A DNA stretch of 64,000 nucleotides from the NCBI GenBank assembly GCA_965205945.1, contig CBDBIB010000001.1, positions 288,001 to 352,000 on the forward strand, given 5' to 3'. The stretch comes from Bdellovibrionales bacterium (GTDB taxonomy: Bacteria > Bdellovibrionota > Bdellovibrionia > Bdellovibrionales > UBA1609). Each line of letters starts with the position of its first letter. Position 1 is the stretch's first letter. Below are positions 37,690-47,630 of this stretch, piece after piece. The position numbers and the translations under genes are program-made. Under the pieces are notes generated by a model. It worked only from the letters and a program-made list of their open reading frames with translations, was not told the origin of the DNA and did not search any database.

Positions 37690-37893
37690 TTAAAACTGAA
37701 ACTGTGGAGATTAGAGTCTGGTTACTTAAGAAGATCAATTTCTAAAACAGCCATATATCGTTTTAAGAGCATTTTTAGAGGAGCTTTAAGTTTGAAGGAG
37801 TTTAAGAGTCAGTTTAATGAAGCTGCTATTAAATGTAAGATTTTGAACAAATTTTCATGCCCCTTTACTCTTTAAAATTTAAATCACAAAGCC
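37690..37893 (+). mobile_element. IS5-family (IS903 group) transposase 3' remnant
   Basis: WRLESGYLRRSISKTAIYRFKSIFRGALS...QFNEAAIKCKILNK (37705-37875), followed by CACAAAGCC resembling the IS903-type CAACAAAGCC end. Confidence 0.75.
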
Positions 37894-38035
37894 AGTGGCT
37901 TCATGTACAGCAACCCCGATGTAAACTATATGTTTAAAAGAATAAAAACATTGGCAAAGATAATAATCTTATTCATAATAAAATAATAATCAAACGCCAA
38001 CATGGGGTATAAATTCAATAAAAAGGAAGCCTTAA

Positions 38036-38749
38036 ATGTTTAATATCACAGAAACCTCAGGCCTTTGGGCAAAGCAAGAAAATTTTAAACATATCGTCTT
38101 AGCGTCCATTAATAGCACTAATAATTATGCTAAGGAAAATCTAATATCATTTAACCAAAGCCCATACCTAATCTTTACAAATGAACAAACAGCAGGAAGA
38201 GGCCGTAGAGGAAACACATGGGCTTCACCTAAGAAGGGTACTGGACTCTTATGCTCTTTTGTATTTAAAATTAAGACTCCTCCTCAGCCTATTGCCGCTC
38301 CCTGTTTTGGCTGGGCTGTTTATAAGTCCTTAAATGAAACATTTGATGCAAACTTTAACATAAAAGCACCTAATGATATCTATATCAATGACTCTAAAGT
38401 TGGTGGTCTCCTACTTGAATCTGTTTCAAAAGGCGATCAACATCACCTTATTCTAGGCTTAGGACTCAATGTTTTTTCTCACCCTTGCGTGGACAATTCA
38501 AATTCTATTTTAAATTCTATAAAAAACCATGAAATTAAAAAAACTCAATGGACACAATTTTTATCTCACCTTATTTTATTATCTTCTCAAGCTGCAATTA
38601 CAGCACAAGATTCTAAAATTTCTAAAGCTACCCTTAATGAACTAAAACTTGCTCTTAAAAAATACCCCAAAAATAAAATTAAAACCCTACTCGCGAACGG
38701 AAGCCTTAAATTAAATGATGGAACCACTACAAACTGGAGAGATCTCTAA
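38036..38749 (+). CDS. birA: Biotin--protein ligase (no HTH)
   Basis: STNNYA, QTAGRGRRGNTW, IKAPND, KVGGLL. Confidence 0.9.
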   Translation: MFNITETSGLWAKQENFKHIVLASINSTNNYAKENLISFNQSPYLIFTNEQTAGRGRRGNTWASPKKGTGLLCSFVFKIKTPPQPIAAPCFGWAVYKSLNETFDANFNIKAPNDIYINDSKVGGLLLESVSKGDQHHLILGLGLNVFSHPCVDNSNSILNSIKNHEIKKTQWTQFLSHLILLSSQAAITAQDSKISKATLNELKLALKKYPKNKIKTLLANGSLKLNDGTTTNWRDL

Positions 38750-39302
38750 TATAGTAAAAAAAATCTTTGGAACTTTTTTACTTTTAATTTTTTCAATCTT
38801 AATCATTTTGTTTTTTAAAACAGGAGCCTATAAATCCGTAAAGGTTATGAAAACTAAACCTCCACAGCTACATATGTTCTATATTAAAAACACAGGCCCT
38901 TATCACCAGATTGTTGAAAAAATCCAAAAAGTTGAAAAAATTTTTAAAAACTTACAATTTCCTTGTAAAAAAACCTTTGGTCACTTTCTAAGTGATTCTA
39001 AAATAATTGACCATAATAAACTTTTAAGTCATGTTGGCTGCGCTTTTTATAAAACAGAGACAAAAAAACTTCCTCAGCTAATAAAAGGCGTTGAAGAAAA
39101 ATTTTTTGGACTCAAATCTAAAGAAAAAATTTGCTATAAGGGAACATTCAAAGGTTCTCCTTCACTAAGTGGAATAAAAATCTACCCCAAGCTTTATAAA
39201 TTAGCACAACAAGATAAGGTTAAACTTAAGCCTGATTCACTTGAAGTCTACACTGTTGATGGTGACAAAGTGACCACAGATGTTTACCTTTGTGAAGAAT
39301 AG
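38715..39302 (+). CDS. GyrI-like domain membrane-anchored protein
   Basis: TM anchor, GPYHQI, FKGSP...IYPKL...LEVY. Confidence 0.6.
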   Translation: MMEPLQTGEISNIVKKIFGTFLLLIFSILIILFFKTGAYKSVKVMKTKPPQLHMFYIKNTGPYHQIVEKIQKVEKIFKNLQFPCKKTFGHFLSDSKIIDHNKLLSHVGCAFYKTETKKLPQLIKGVEEKFFGLKSKEKICYKGTFKGSPSLSGIKIYPKLYKLAQQDKVKLKPDSLEVYTVDGDKVTTDVYLCEE

Positions 39303-39451
39303 GTCTTTATTACTGCAGCTTTATACAAAGCTTTCCACAGATTTTATAAAATTTATCGTAACTTATTAAATATTAAATCAAAAATATTAAATTTTATTCT
39401 ATATTAATTAAACCCTTAATTAGAATAAGTTTAACTAGAAATTTAAAAAAA

Positions 39452-40615
39452 CTAAATATATGATTTATTTTTAATTTTCTCTAAAATAATTTTTTCAGGC
39501 ATCAGTGGATCCTTTGGATTTACTGAAAATAAAGACTGCTGCTCACAACGTACTTTATTCTTAATTAAAAATTTTAAAATACCAGCAAGTTTTTGATTCT
39601 TCTTATCTTGAAAAAATGGATCATTTGCTAAAACATCCTTAGCTTTTTTAAGAGCTCTTAATTCAGAGGCATCTTTATCTTTTACTTCATAATAATGAAG
39701 ATCGTATTTTTTAATATCTTCTGGAAGTACACCTAAAAACCTAACTTTGGGGGCAGAAAAATCAGAATTTCTAACCAAACTTGCTGCGGATCCAGCTTTA
39801 AGTGTTCTAAAAATATTTTGCATTGTATATGCATCTAAGTCTCCAAAAAAATATATAGGAATTTTTAATTGATCTTGAATAAGTTTACACCATCCTCTTA
39901 CACCATTTGAAGGAACTCCTTGAGCTCCTAAAAGAACACATTTGTTTCGCTTAGTAAAACCATTTGAAACTAATGTATTTGCTGTACCCTCTGATTCCAC
40001 GACTAAACAAAAGTCAATTTTTGATTTTGCTTTTAATATTAAAGATTGTGGTTTATTCTTAGGTTGAAACGGTGTTGTTCCTAGGGAGTTAAGATTAATA
40101 ACAGCTTTTGTTCCATCTGGTAAAGTCTCTGTCACTTCAAGTTGTTGTGAGTATGTCTGACCTCCACGATCATTAGCAAAACAGTTCATCTCTTCTCTAT
40201 AAGCCTCAAGCATATCAGTGATAAAATCAATAATGGCATCGGATTCTGGTTGATCATCAAAATCAATGGGTTTTAGATCTAAATTAGACTTAACCAAACC
40301 TTTGGCCATATAATAAAGCTCTCTTTTTGTATTCACAGCTCCTGTTTGAACATTAGTTAAAAGGATTTCTAATAAAAAAACTGTTCTGGCTAGCTTTTGA
40401 ACTGAAGAAACATTTAACTCAGATCTAACAACCTTATCTCCAGGGGTTAAATACCCAACCTTAGGATCATACTTAGCATTGTCTAAAGAACATTTAACAG
40501 CATGAAGAATTGGTCTTTTTGCCATCTCTAAATCTTGCAGCATCTTTTGACAAAGCTGTTGAGCTTTTTTAGTAATTTCAATACCTGTTTTAGATTTTCT
40601 AGTTTTTGCAGCCAT
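39452..40615 (-). CDS. top6A: DNA topoisomerase VI subunit A (Spo11-like)
   Basis: TKRELYY catalytic Tyr region, TOPRIM VVESEG and FGDLD, QGVP. Confidence 0.92.
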   Translation of the reverse strand: MAAKTRKSKTGIEITKKAQQLCQKMLQDLEMAKRPILHAVKCSLDNAKYDPKVGYLTPGDKVVRSELNVSSVQKLARTVFLLEILLTNVQTGAVNTKRELYYMAKGLVKSNLDLKPIDFDDQPESDAIIDFITDMLEAYREEMNCFANDRGGQTYSQQLEVTETLPDGTKAVINLNSLGTTPFQPKNKPQSLILKAKSKIDFCLVVESEGTANTLVSNGFTKRNKCVLLGAQGVPSNGVRGWCKLIQDQLKIPIYFFGDLDAYTMQNIFRTLKAGSAASLVRNSDFSAPKVRFLGVLPEDIKKYDLHYYEVKDKDASELRALKKAKDVLANDPFFQDKKNQKLAGILKFLIKNKVRCEQQSLFSVNPKDPLMPEKIILEKIKNKSYI

Positions 40616-42306
40616 TATTTCTTAACCTTTCTTGTTTTCTTTTTAGCTACTTTCTTTGTTGATCCCATATCTTCACTATTTTGAGTTCTTTTTTTCTGTT
40701 TAACCTTAAGCTGACCCAAGCGATCTTCAGCCTGCTGTAATTCTTCTTCAGCAGATTCAGTATCTTGGCCTAAGATCTTAGCCAATCCTTTAGAAGCTCT
40801 TTTTTTTCTAACCTCACTTGCTCTTGTAATATTTGCCAATCTTTGAACCAAAATAGGTCCAAATTTAGCAATATGTTTCTTTTTTCTCTCCAAATCTACA
40901 GCTTTAAACTCACGTTTTATATGACGTGAAAGCTTTTGCCCTGTCTGCATAAGCGCAAGCCTGATTTCTTCAATCAATTCATCTGATGAGTCAATGGTTT
41001 CCTTTGATGCATTTTTAAATTTAATAAATGGTGATGTAACAGAAATTGCAAAAACATACGGCCCCTTAGGAAGACTATTTTTTGACTGCACCAACCCATA
41101 TGATTTCCAATTTATAGATTCTGCAGATTTTGTAATTGCACAAGAGGCTTTATCAAATTGTAAGGGAACTCTGTTTGCAAACCTTAAAAGTTGAATAGAA
41201 TCCTCTTCTTTCCCTCTATTTAAAAACCTAGCAATAGCAACTTCAATAACAACAGGCTTAAAATCACAAATTCTTGGTTTTCTAGTCACAACAGAGAAAA
41301 AATCTACTTCTCCAAGTTTTGAAATACTTTTTGCTAAACCTTCTTCACCTACTGTTAAAACTGATTTTGTAGATGGGCTTTGGAGTGAAGCTTTTTGAAC
41401 AGCTTGAAAGATGGCTTTATACTCAATATCTTTAATTTTATTTAAACCCTGTTTAAGCCATGTTTTTTTAAGGCCATGCTTTAAGAACTCTTTTAATGCT
41501 GTATCTGTAACTCTAGAAAAGGCAGTTTTTAAATACTTTTCTAAAGTAATATTCCCATATAACAAAGTATGAGTCATAAACTCTCCCAACTTCATAGTAT
41601 GAGGGTGAGGTAGAGTTGGTGGTGGAACTTTAGGCACAAAATCAGACACCCTCTTTATTAAAACCCATTCTTGATCATGAACTTTATAATTTAGTGTTAA
41701 ATGTGGGTTTACTAAAGCCGTTCCCTCTAAGTAAGTTAAAAGACCCCCATCCCCATTTAATTGAAGGCGCCCATCAATTTTAAATTCAACGGCGATACCA
41801 TGCTTTTTAGTCCAATCTATAGTTTTTTTTTCCTTAATGACGCCTCTATTTGCCTTAATATCTACATCTACCTTAAGCTTTACAGCTTTTTTCATGGTTG
41901 CTGTTTTACTAATTACAGTCACCCCAGCCGCGTTTGTTAGTTGTGCCCATGTAGTTGCTGCAGATATACCAATACCTTGCTGCCCCCTAGAACACTGTCC
42001 TCTACCAAACTTTGATGATGCTAAATACTCTCCAAAAACACGTGGCACATCCTCTGACCTTAAACCAGGTCCATTGTCTTCTATATAAACACGAATTAAA
42101 TCTGTGTTTTTCCCCCCACCTTTTCCTATTTTTTTAATTTCTACCTTTAGCTCAGGTAAAATTCCATTTTCTTCACAAGCATCTAAAGAATTGTCTACGG
42201 ATTCTTTTAAAGTAGTTAAAACAGCCTTAGTTTGTGATGAAAACCCCACCTGTTGCAAATTTTTTGCAAAATATTCTGCTGTACTACTTGATGTAATTTT
42301 AGACAA
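40615..42306 (-). CDS. top6B: DNA topoisomerase VI subunit B
   Basis: AEYFAKN, KESVDNSLDACEE, DNGPG, SRGQQGIGISAA, RFANRVPL, SKETI. Confidence 0.95.
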   Translation of the reverse strand: MSKITSSSTAEYFAKNLQQVGFSSQTKAVLTTLKESVDNSLDACEENGILPELKVEIKKIGKGGGKNTDLIRVYIEDNGPGLRSEDVPRVFGEYLASSKFGRGQCSRGQQGIGISAATTWAQLTNAAGVTVISKTATMKKAVKLKVDVDIKANRGVIKEKKTIDWTKKHGIAVEFKIDGRLQLNGDGGLLTYLEGTALVNPHLTLNYKVHDQEWVLIKRVSDFVPKVPPPTLPHPHTMKLGEFMTHTLLYGNITLEKYLKTAFSRVTDTALKEFLKHGLKKTWLKQGLNKIKDIEYKAIFQAVQKASLQSPSTKSVLTVGEEGLAKSISKLGEVDFFSVVTRKPRICDFKPVVIEVAIARFLNRGKEEDSIQLLRFANRVPLQFDKASCAITKSAESINWKSYGLVQSKNSLPKGPYVFAISVTSPFIKFKNASKETIDSSDELIEEIRLALMQTGQKLSRHIKREFKAVDLERKKKHIAKFGPILVQRLANITRASEVRKKRASKGLAKILGQDTESAEEELQQAEDRLGQLKVKQKKRTQNSEDMGSTKKVAKKKTRKVKK

Positions 42307-42377
42307 CTAAGACTCCCTTACTCAAACCCATTAATTTAAGAAAATCTTAGGGCAAAGGTAGTATACCTATATCTATT

Positions 42378-42659
42378 TTATTTTTCCAAGGCCATATCTA
42401 AAGGGGTTCTAGATTGCTTTAAAAAATTGCAAGCTTTACACGCAATTACAATGTTTGATTTTGTTGATTTTCCACCTCTTGCAATAGGTATTTTGTGATC
42501 CATTGTTAAGTCTTTTCTTCCAAATTTTTCCTCGCAATAATAACAGGTACCAACGTTTACCATATCGAGCCACCACTGAGTTTTCTTTAAAGCTCTTGCC
42601 TTAACTCGCTCTTGAGAAAGGTATTTTTTAGAAGCCGGCTTATACCACATAAACCCCAT
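42378..42659 (-). CDS. Small HNH endonuclease
   Basis: CYYC...TMDHKIPIARGGKSTKSNIVIACKACN. Confidence 0.9.
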   Translation of the reverse strand: MGFMWYKPASKKYLSQERVKARALKKTQWWLDMVNVGTCYYCEEKFGRKDLTMDHKIPIARGGKSTKSNIVIACKACNFLKQSRTPLDMALEK

Positions 42660-42765
42660 TTAACACTGCGCAGCAGCAAAGGCAAGTTTTAAGACTATTT
42701 GTTTACAGATTAATCTATTTTGGTTTTATTCATAATTAATTTATTTTAACTTAAGGAGAATACAA

Positions 42766-42990
42766 GTGGACTCTTTAGACCTTGAAAATAGACTTACAAA
42801 TGTATTTTCAGAATGTACAGCCACTGTCATCGATATCACCGGAACTGGTAATAATTTTGAACTAAGGCTATCAACACCAGATCTTTTAAAAATGTCTCGC
42901 CTAAAGCAACATCAAGCCATTATGGCTCTTTTTAAAAAAGAGCTTACTTCTGGTGAAATTCATGCATTAACTATTAAATATATTAAATAA
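42766..42990 (+). CDS. BolA/IbaG-family protein
   Basis: SRLKQHQ...EIHALTIK, adjacent to grxD. Confidence 0.85.
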   Translation: MDSLDLENRLTNVFSECTATVIDITGTGNNFELRLSTPDLLKMSRLKQHQAIMALFKKELTSGEIHALTIKYIK

Positions 42991-43010
42991 CTACGAAAAG
43001 GACTTTAATA

Positions 43011-43337
43011 ATGGACCTACCTGCTAAAGTAAAAGAAAGAATTGAATCTATATTAAACCAAAAACCAATTTGCCTATTTATAAAAGGCACACCGGCTTTT
43101 CCACAATGTGGTTTTTCTCAACGAGCCGTAGCACTATTAAATGAAATTAAAGCAGATTTTCATTCTGTAAACATCTTAGAAGATCAAGAGATTCGTGATG
43201 GAATTAAAATTTATGGCAATTGGCCAACAATTCCTCAACTGTATGTAAAAGGAAAACTTATTGGAGGTTCTGACATCCTAATGGAGATGTATCAAGAGGG
43301 CGAATTAACTCAGCTCGTTAAAGAAGCTTCAGCCTAG
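43011..43337 (+). CDS. grxD: Monothiol glutaredoxin
   Basis: PQCGFS, WPTIPQLY, GGSDI. Confidence 0.95.
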   Translation: MDLPAKVKERIESILNQKPICLFIKGTPAFPQCGFSQRAVALLNEIKADFHSVNILEDQEIRDGIKIYGNWPTIPQLYVKGKLIGGSDILMEMYQEGELTQLVKEASA

Positions 43338-44280
43338 TTTTTACCTCTTCAAATTCTGTAATAAATTTATTAATAATTTCCTTGCATGTAAGAATTTCTT
43401 TAACCTCACCTACTGACTGCCCAGCGCTCCAAACATTATTCCATGAGTATTTTTTTTTAATTTTCAACCCCCTTTTCATAAATTGATATAAAACGTATTG
43501 AGAGATTTTTCCTTTTAAAGAATTGTCCCATTCATAAAATTTTTGAGACTCTTTAGTTTTTAAAATTGAAGCGTTTACTCCAGATAATGCTTTTGACATA
43601 AAAATGTCTTCAGGACCAGAGTTCACTATTGAGTCTTTATAGCCCTGATCAACTTTTGCCTCATTACTTGCAATAAACCTTGTACCAACACTCACAGCCG
43701 ATGCGCCTAATACCAGTGATGCTGCTAACTGTTCACCACTAGAAATTCCACCAGTAGCTATAATTAAAGTTTTGGGAAACATTTTTTTAAAAAATGGTAG
43801 TGAGCAAAATGGCGATAGCGTGCCTGCATGTCCTCCAGCACCTGTGCTCACAACAATTAAACCGTCAGCACCAGCGTTCACAGCCTTTCTTGCATGTTTT
43901 GTGTTAATAACATCACAGATAACCTTGATCCCTAAAGACCTTGCTTTTAATAATAAATCTTGAGGGTTTCCTAAAGAAGAAATTATTAACGCAACCTTGT
44001 GCTTAAAGATAACTTTTATATCGGCTTTAAGTCTTGTGTTTGACCTGTGTAAAATTAAATTTATGCCAAAGGGTAAAGAACCCACTCTGTCTTTAATTTT
44101 GACAATCCATTGGTCTAACTCCTCTGAGGTCCGGCAATTCAGCGCTGGAAAAGTTCCTATTCCCCCCGCTAAAGTAGTCTCTATAACCATTTCAATATTA
44201 GAAACTAAAAACATAGGTGCCGCTATGATTGGATACTTACAGCCCATTATCTGTGTAAACTCTGTATTTATTTCTTTCAT
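43318..44280 (-). CDS. Nitronate monooxygenase/FabK-like flavoprotein
   Basis: PIIAAPMF, GAGGHAG, ATGGI, VGTRFIA, WSAGQ; ATG 44280 follows TATAAT-N6. Confidence 0.88.
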   Translation of the reverse strand: MKEINTEFTQIMGCKYPIIAAPMFLVSNIEMVIETTLAGGIGTFPALNCRTSEELDQWIVKIKDRVGSLPFGINLILHRSNTRLKADIKVIFKHKVALIISSLGNPQDLLLKARSLGIKVICDVINTKHARKAVNAGADGLIVVSTGAGGHAGTLSPFCSLPFFKKMFPKTLIIATGGISSGEQLAASLVLGASAVSVGTRFIASNEAKVDQGYKDSIVNSGPEDIFMSKALSGVNASILKTKESQKFYEWDNSLKGKISQYVLYQFMKRGLKIKKKYSWNNVWSAGQSVGEVKEILTCKEIINKFITEFEEVKTRLKLL

Positions 44281-44382
44281 AAAAAAATTATACCCACATA
44301 AACTGACAAAAGTCTTATTTATTTTACTCATTAAAAACCACTGTTTTATCCGATAGGTTTTGTATAATAAAGGGGTTTAAAA

Positions 44383-44745
44383 TTGAATATACTTTTAGCA
44401 GAAGATGACCATAATATAGCCATGATTGCGATTATGGCTCTTGAAACTTTTGGAAAACACAGTGTTACTCATGCAGGTGATGGTGAAAAAGCTTATAACC
44501 TTGTAAAAGAAAACACCTATGATGTAATTTTACTTGATGAGATGATGCCTAAAATAAATGGTCTAAAAGTTTGTAAAATACTACTTTCTCAAGGTTTTAA
44601 AACGCCTATTATTTTTCTAAGCGCAAAGTCACAATCAACAGACATTAATCTTTTTAAATCCCTTGGCTCTGGTTTTATTCCAAAACCTTTTAATCCCTCT
44701 ACTCTTTGTATAGAAATTGAGACAATACTAAGTGAGAATATATGA
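44383..44745 (+). CDS. Single-domain response regulator
   Basis: AEDD, LLDEMMP, FLSAK, KPF. Confidence 0.92.
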   Translation: MNILLAEDDHNIAMIAIMALETFGKHSVTHAGDGEKAYNLVKENTYDVILLDEMMPKINGLKVCKILLSQGFKTPIIFLSAKSQSTDINLFKSLGSGFIPKPFNPSTLCIEIETILSENI

Positions 44746-46094
44746 CTATACGAACAAAGTTTTTTTCAGTTGTTTTTCTCTGTTTTGGAAGTGTTTTAAG
44801 TATTGGATATCTTGGGTTTAGTTCTTATACGAATTTACAAAAAATTAATGCACAATTAAGGCAGTCTTCTAAATTTGAAGGCCTTATTAGAGGGGTTGCA
44901 AACTCCAGATTTCTTCCTGTACTTGAAAAAAATCTAGAAGGTTATGTTAATAAACTTGAACCTGAGTATAGAAACAATTCTGTTATAAACATTGTAAACG
45001 CATATAAGAAAAAAAATCGCAGGCTTTTAAACTCTAAAATTTCAATGTTTAGAAAACAAGAGAATAACTATATTAAATATTTACAAAATAATCTTACTGT
45101 TTATGAAAGCCATATACGATCTTTAGCCTTTATTTTTATTATTATTTTATGTCTATCATTTTTCTTAGTCACAAAATTAGTATTAAAATCCACACTTAAG
45201 CCTTTAAAAATGTTAAGCAACCGAATGGTTGATTTCTTAAACAACAGGTACACTTATCAATTTAGAGTTCCTAAAAAAAATGAAGTTGGAGAACTTGAAT
45301 TAAACTTTCACTCTCTTGCACAAAGAGTTTTAAATAATATTGAGGATTTAAAAGCACTTGATTCTGCAAAAAGTGATTTCTTAAACATTGCAAGTCACGA
45401 ATTAAAAACTCCTTTAACTTCTATAAAAGGTTCTCTTTCTTTACTACGTACTGGTGTAGACACACTTTCTTCTAAAAATTCTAAAAATCTTTTTAAAATT
45501 GCAGAAAATGAAACTGATAGACTTATCCGTTTAATTAATGATTTATTAGATCTTGCAAAAATTGAGGCCAGAAAATTTCCTTTAAAAAAGGATTGGATTT
45601 CTATTGATAAAATCATTGAAACCACTTTATATAGCCTTGAGGGAATATCTAAAACAGCAAATGTTTCTTTAACCTATACATCAGGTCAATGTAAAATAGT
45701 CAATATAGACAAAGATAAAGTTCAACAAGTGATAACAAACCTTGTCTCAAATGCTGTAAAATACTCTCCTGAAAACGGAACTGTAATTGTTTCAGTGACC
45801 ATTGATAAAAGTAATTATTTAAGAGTCGAAGTAAAAGATGAGGGTGATGGAATTTCTCCTGATGACCAAAAGCTTATTTTTGAAAAATTTAGACAAGCCT
45901 CATGCCCTGCAAACCCAATAGTTAAAGGCACTGGACTCGGACTAGCTATTGCAAAAGCTGTAATTGAAGAGCATAATGGTACACTCAATGTTCATTCACA
46001 AATAGGTAAAGGAAGCTCTTTTTATTTTACTCTCCCTGATTGGAGACAAGATAAGGTAACAATTGATTTTAACGAAAAACGTGATGCTGCATAA
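44742..46094 (+). CDS. Membrane sensor histidine kinase (HAMP-HisKA-HATPase)
   Basis: Two TM helices, ASHELKTPL, NLVSNAVKY, DEGDGI, GTGLGL. Confidence 0.95.
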   Translation: MTIRTKFFSVVFLCFGSVLSIGYLGFSSYTNLQKINAQLRQSSKFEGLIRGVANSRFLPVLEKNLEGYVNKLEPEYRNNSVINIVNAYKKKNRRLLNSKISMFRKQENNYIKYLQNNLTVYESHIRSLAFIFIIILCLSFFLVTKLVLKSTLKPLKMLSNRMVDFLNNRYTYQFRVPKKNEVGELELNFHSLAQRVLNNIEDLKALDSAKSDFLNIASHELKTPLTSIKGSLSLLRTGVDTLSSKNSKNLFKIAENETDRLIRLINDLLDLAKIEARKFPLKKDWISIDKIIETTLYSLEGISKTANVSLTYTSGQCKIVNIDKDKVQQVITNLVSNAVKYSPENGTVIVSVTIDKSNYLRVEVKDEGDGISPDDQKLIFEKFRQASCPANPIVKGTGLGLAIAKAVIEEHNGTLNVHSQIGKGSSFYFTLPDWRQDKVTIDFNEKRDAA

Positions 46095-46103
46095 GGTTTT
46101 AAA

Positions 46104-46385
46104 ATGAATTTTGATGATCTAATAAAGGAAATGAAAACTCAGTATATTAATGATTTAGCTGTTAAAATTAAAGAATTAAAAGTTCTTTTAAAAAATAAAG
46201 ATTTCACTCGTTTAGAGTGTTTTTTTCATCAACTTAAGGGCAGTGGTGCATCTTATGGTTTTCCAGAATTTAGTGAGCTTGGTGCTAAATATGAGAAAAA
46301 AATAAAAGAAAAAGCCTTAAGTGATATACAGATCAATAATCTAAGTAATGAATTTAATGTTCTTTACAAAAAGTATTCAGCTTAA
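46104..46385 (+). CDS. Hpt domain protein
   Basis: FHQLKGSGASYGF. Confidence 0.9.
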   Translation: MNFDDLIKEMKTQYINDLAVKIKELKVLLKNKDFTRLECFFHQLKGSGASYGFPEFSELGAKYEKKIKEKALSDIQINNLSNEFNVLYKKYSA

Positions 46386-46571
46386 TTTTTTATTTTTCTA
46401 CCAAATTTTAGTTTAAAGTTTTTAAAATATAAAAAATCTATCTTAATTCTCTATATATTACCTTAAAAAACATCAAACCTTTTTTGTAAGTCATTACGTC
46501 TTAATTTAGAACATTTTAATATCCTTAGTATTGAATCAATACGTTCAAAATTAAGAATTTAATAGTACTGT

Positions 46572-46598
46572 TAAGTAGACTCAAGTCTAAGCCGAAAT
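46572..46598 (+). promoter_or_regulatory. Putative sigma28 promoter
   Basis: TAAG-N15-GCCGAAAT upstream of the 46646 ORF. Confidence 0.5.
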
Positions 46599-46645
46599 AA
46601 GTTTAAAGTAACTTTTTAAAGAAACGTCTATTTAAGGAGAGCTTT

Positions 46646-47629
46646 ATGCGTGCTTTAGTATTTTTGATATTTTTTATATCTATTCAATCTTTTGCTTGTA
46701 TAGAAATTATAAAAAACAGCAGGGCTAATGAAGAGGTATATAATTCTTATGCAGATAATAAGGTTAATAATTGTATAAGATTTCCTTACATTCAAAAAGA
46801 CTTTAGCCCTCAAGGGGTGCATATAACAGATCAAAATACCGCTTATATAAGTATGCATCACAAAAAAACTAAACTTTCAAGTCGTATTATACAAGCTGAT
46901 GTAAAAACTGGAAAGGTTTTAAAAGTCTATGAATTAATGGGGTCAGAGTATAGGGGTTATTTGGGTAAAATTCAAACTGTTTCTCTTTTTGATAATGAGT
47001 CAAAATTTGTAATTCCTTTAAAAAAAGCTTTCTGCATTTTTGATAAAAAAAATGCAAAGCTTGCAATTAATGGATTTTATAAAGCACATATACTTAAGTG
47101 TCAAAAACAAGAGCTTGAAGGTGGCATCATTTCATCTATAAGTTACAGTTCTAATCAAAATAATCAGAAATATATTTGGACTATTGTTTCTAAAGAAAAA
47201 AAGAATAAGTTAAAAATATTTGGATATAAAATCGTTAAAAATAAAATTTTAAAGCAAGCTACATATAAATTTGATCTACCAAAGGCTCTGTCAAAAATAG
47301 AAAGTTTAGTGATGCTTGATTCTTCTTTAAAAAAACATAGGTTTTTACTTGCAAATAGTTCAAGTACCCATACTTTAAAAATGTATGAAATTAAATTTAC
47401 TTATAATAAACTAAATAAATTGTATAATTACAAACTTACAGCTTATAAAAACAACAAAGATAGTAGAAGGCCGGCTTCAATTACAAAAATAAAAAAATCT
47501 AAAAATTTGCATAAAAAAGTAAGTCTAAAAGAATCTATCCCTTGGTACTTATACAAGAATTTACCAGTACTCAACAAAGGACTTAAGACAATGATTAAAG
47601 TCAATTCACCTATGATACTGCCTAAATAG
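46646..47629 (+). CDS. Hypothetical secreted protein
   Basis: AAGGAG SD, signal peptide ending SFA, beta-rich and Lys-rich body. Confidence 0.7.
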   Translation: MRALVFLIFFISIQSFACIEIIKNSRANEEVYNSYADNKVNNCIRFPYIQKDFSPQGVHITDQNTAYISMHHKKTKLSSRIIQADVKTGKVLKVYELMGSEYRGYLGKIQTVSLFDNESKFVIPLKKAFCIFDKKNAKLAINGFYKAHILKCQKQELEGGIISSISYSSNQNNQKYIWTIVSKEKKNKLKIFGYKIVKNKILKQATYKFDLPKALSKIESLVMLDSSLKKHRFLLANSSSTHTLKMYEIKFTYNKLNKLYNYKLTAYKNNKDSRRPASITKIKKSKNLHKKVSLKESIPWYLYKNLPVLNKGLKTMIKVNSPMILPK

Positions 47630-47630
47630 T

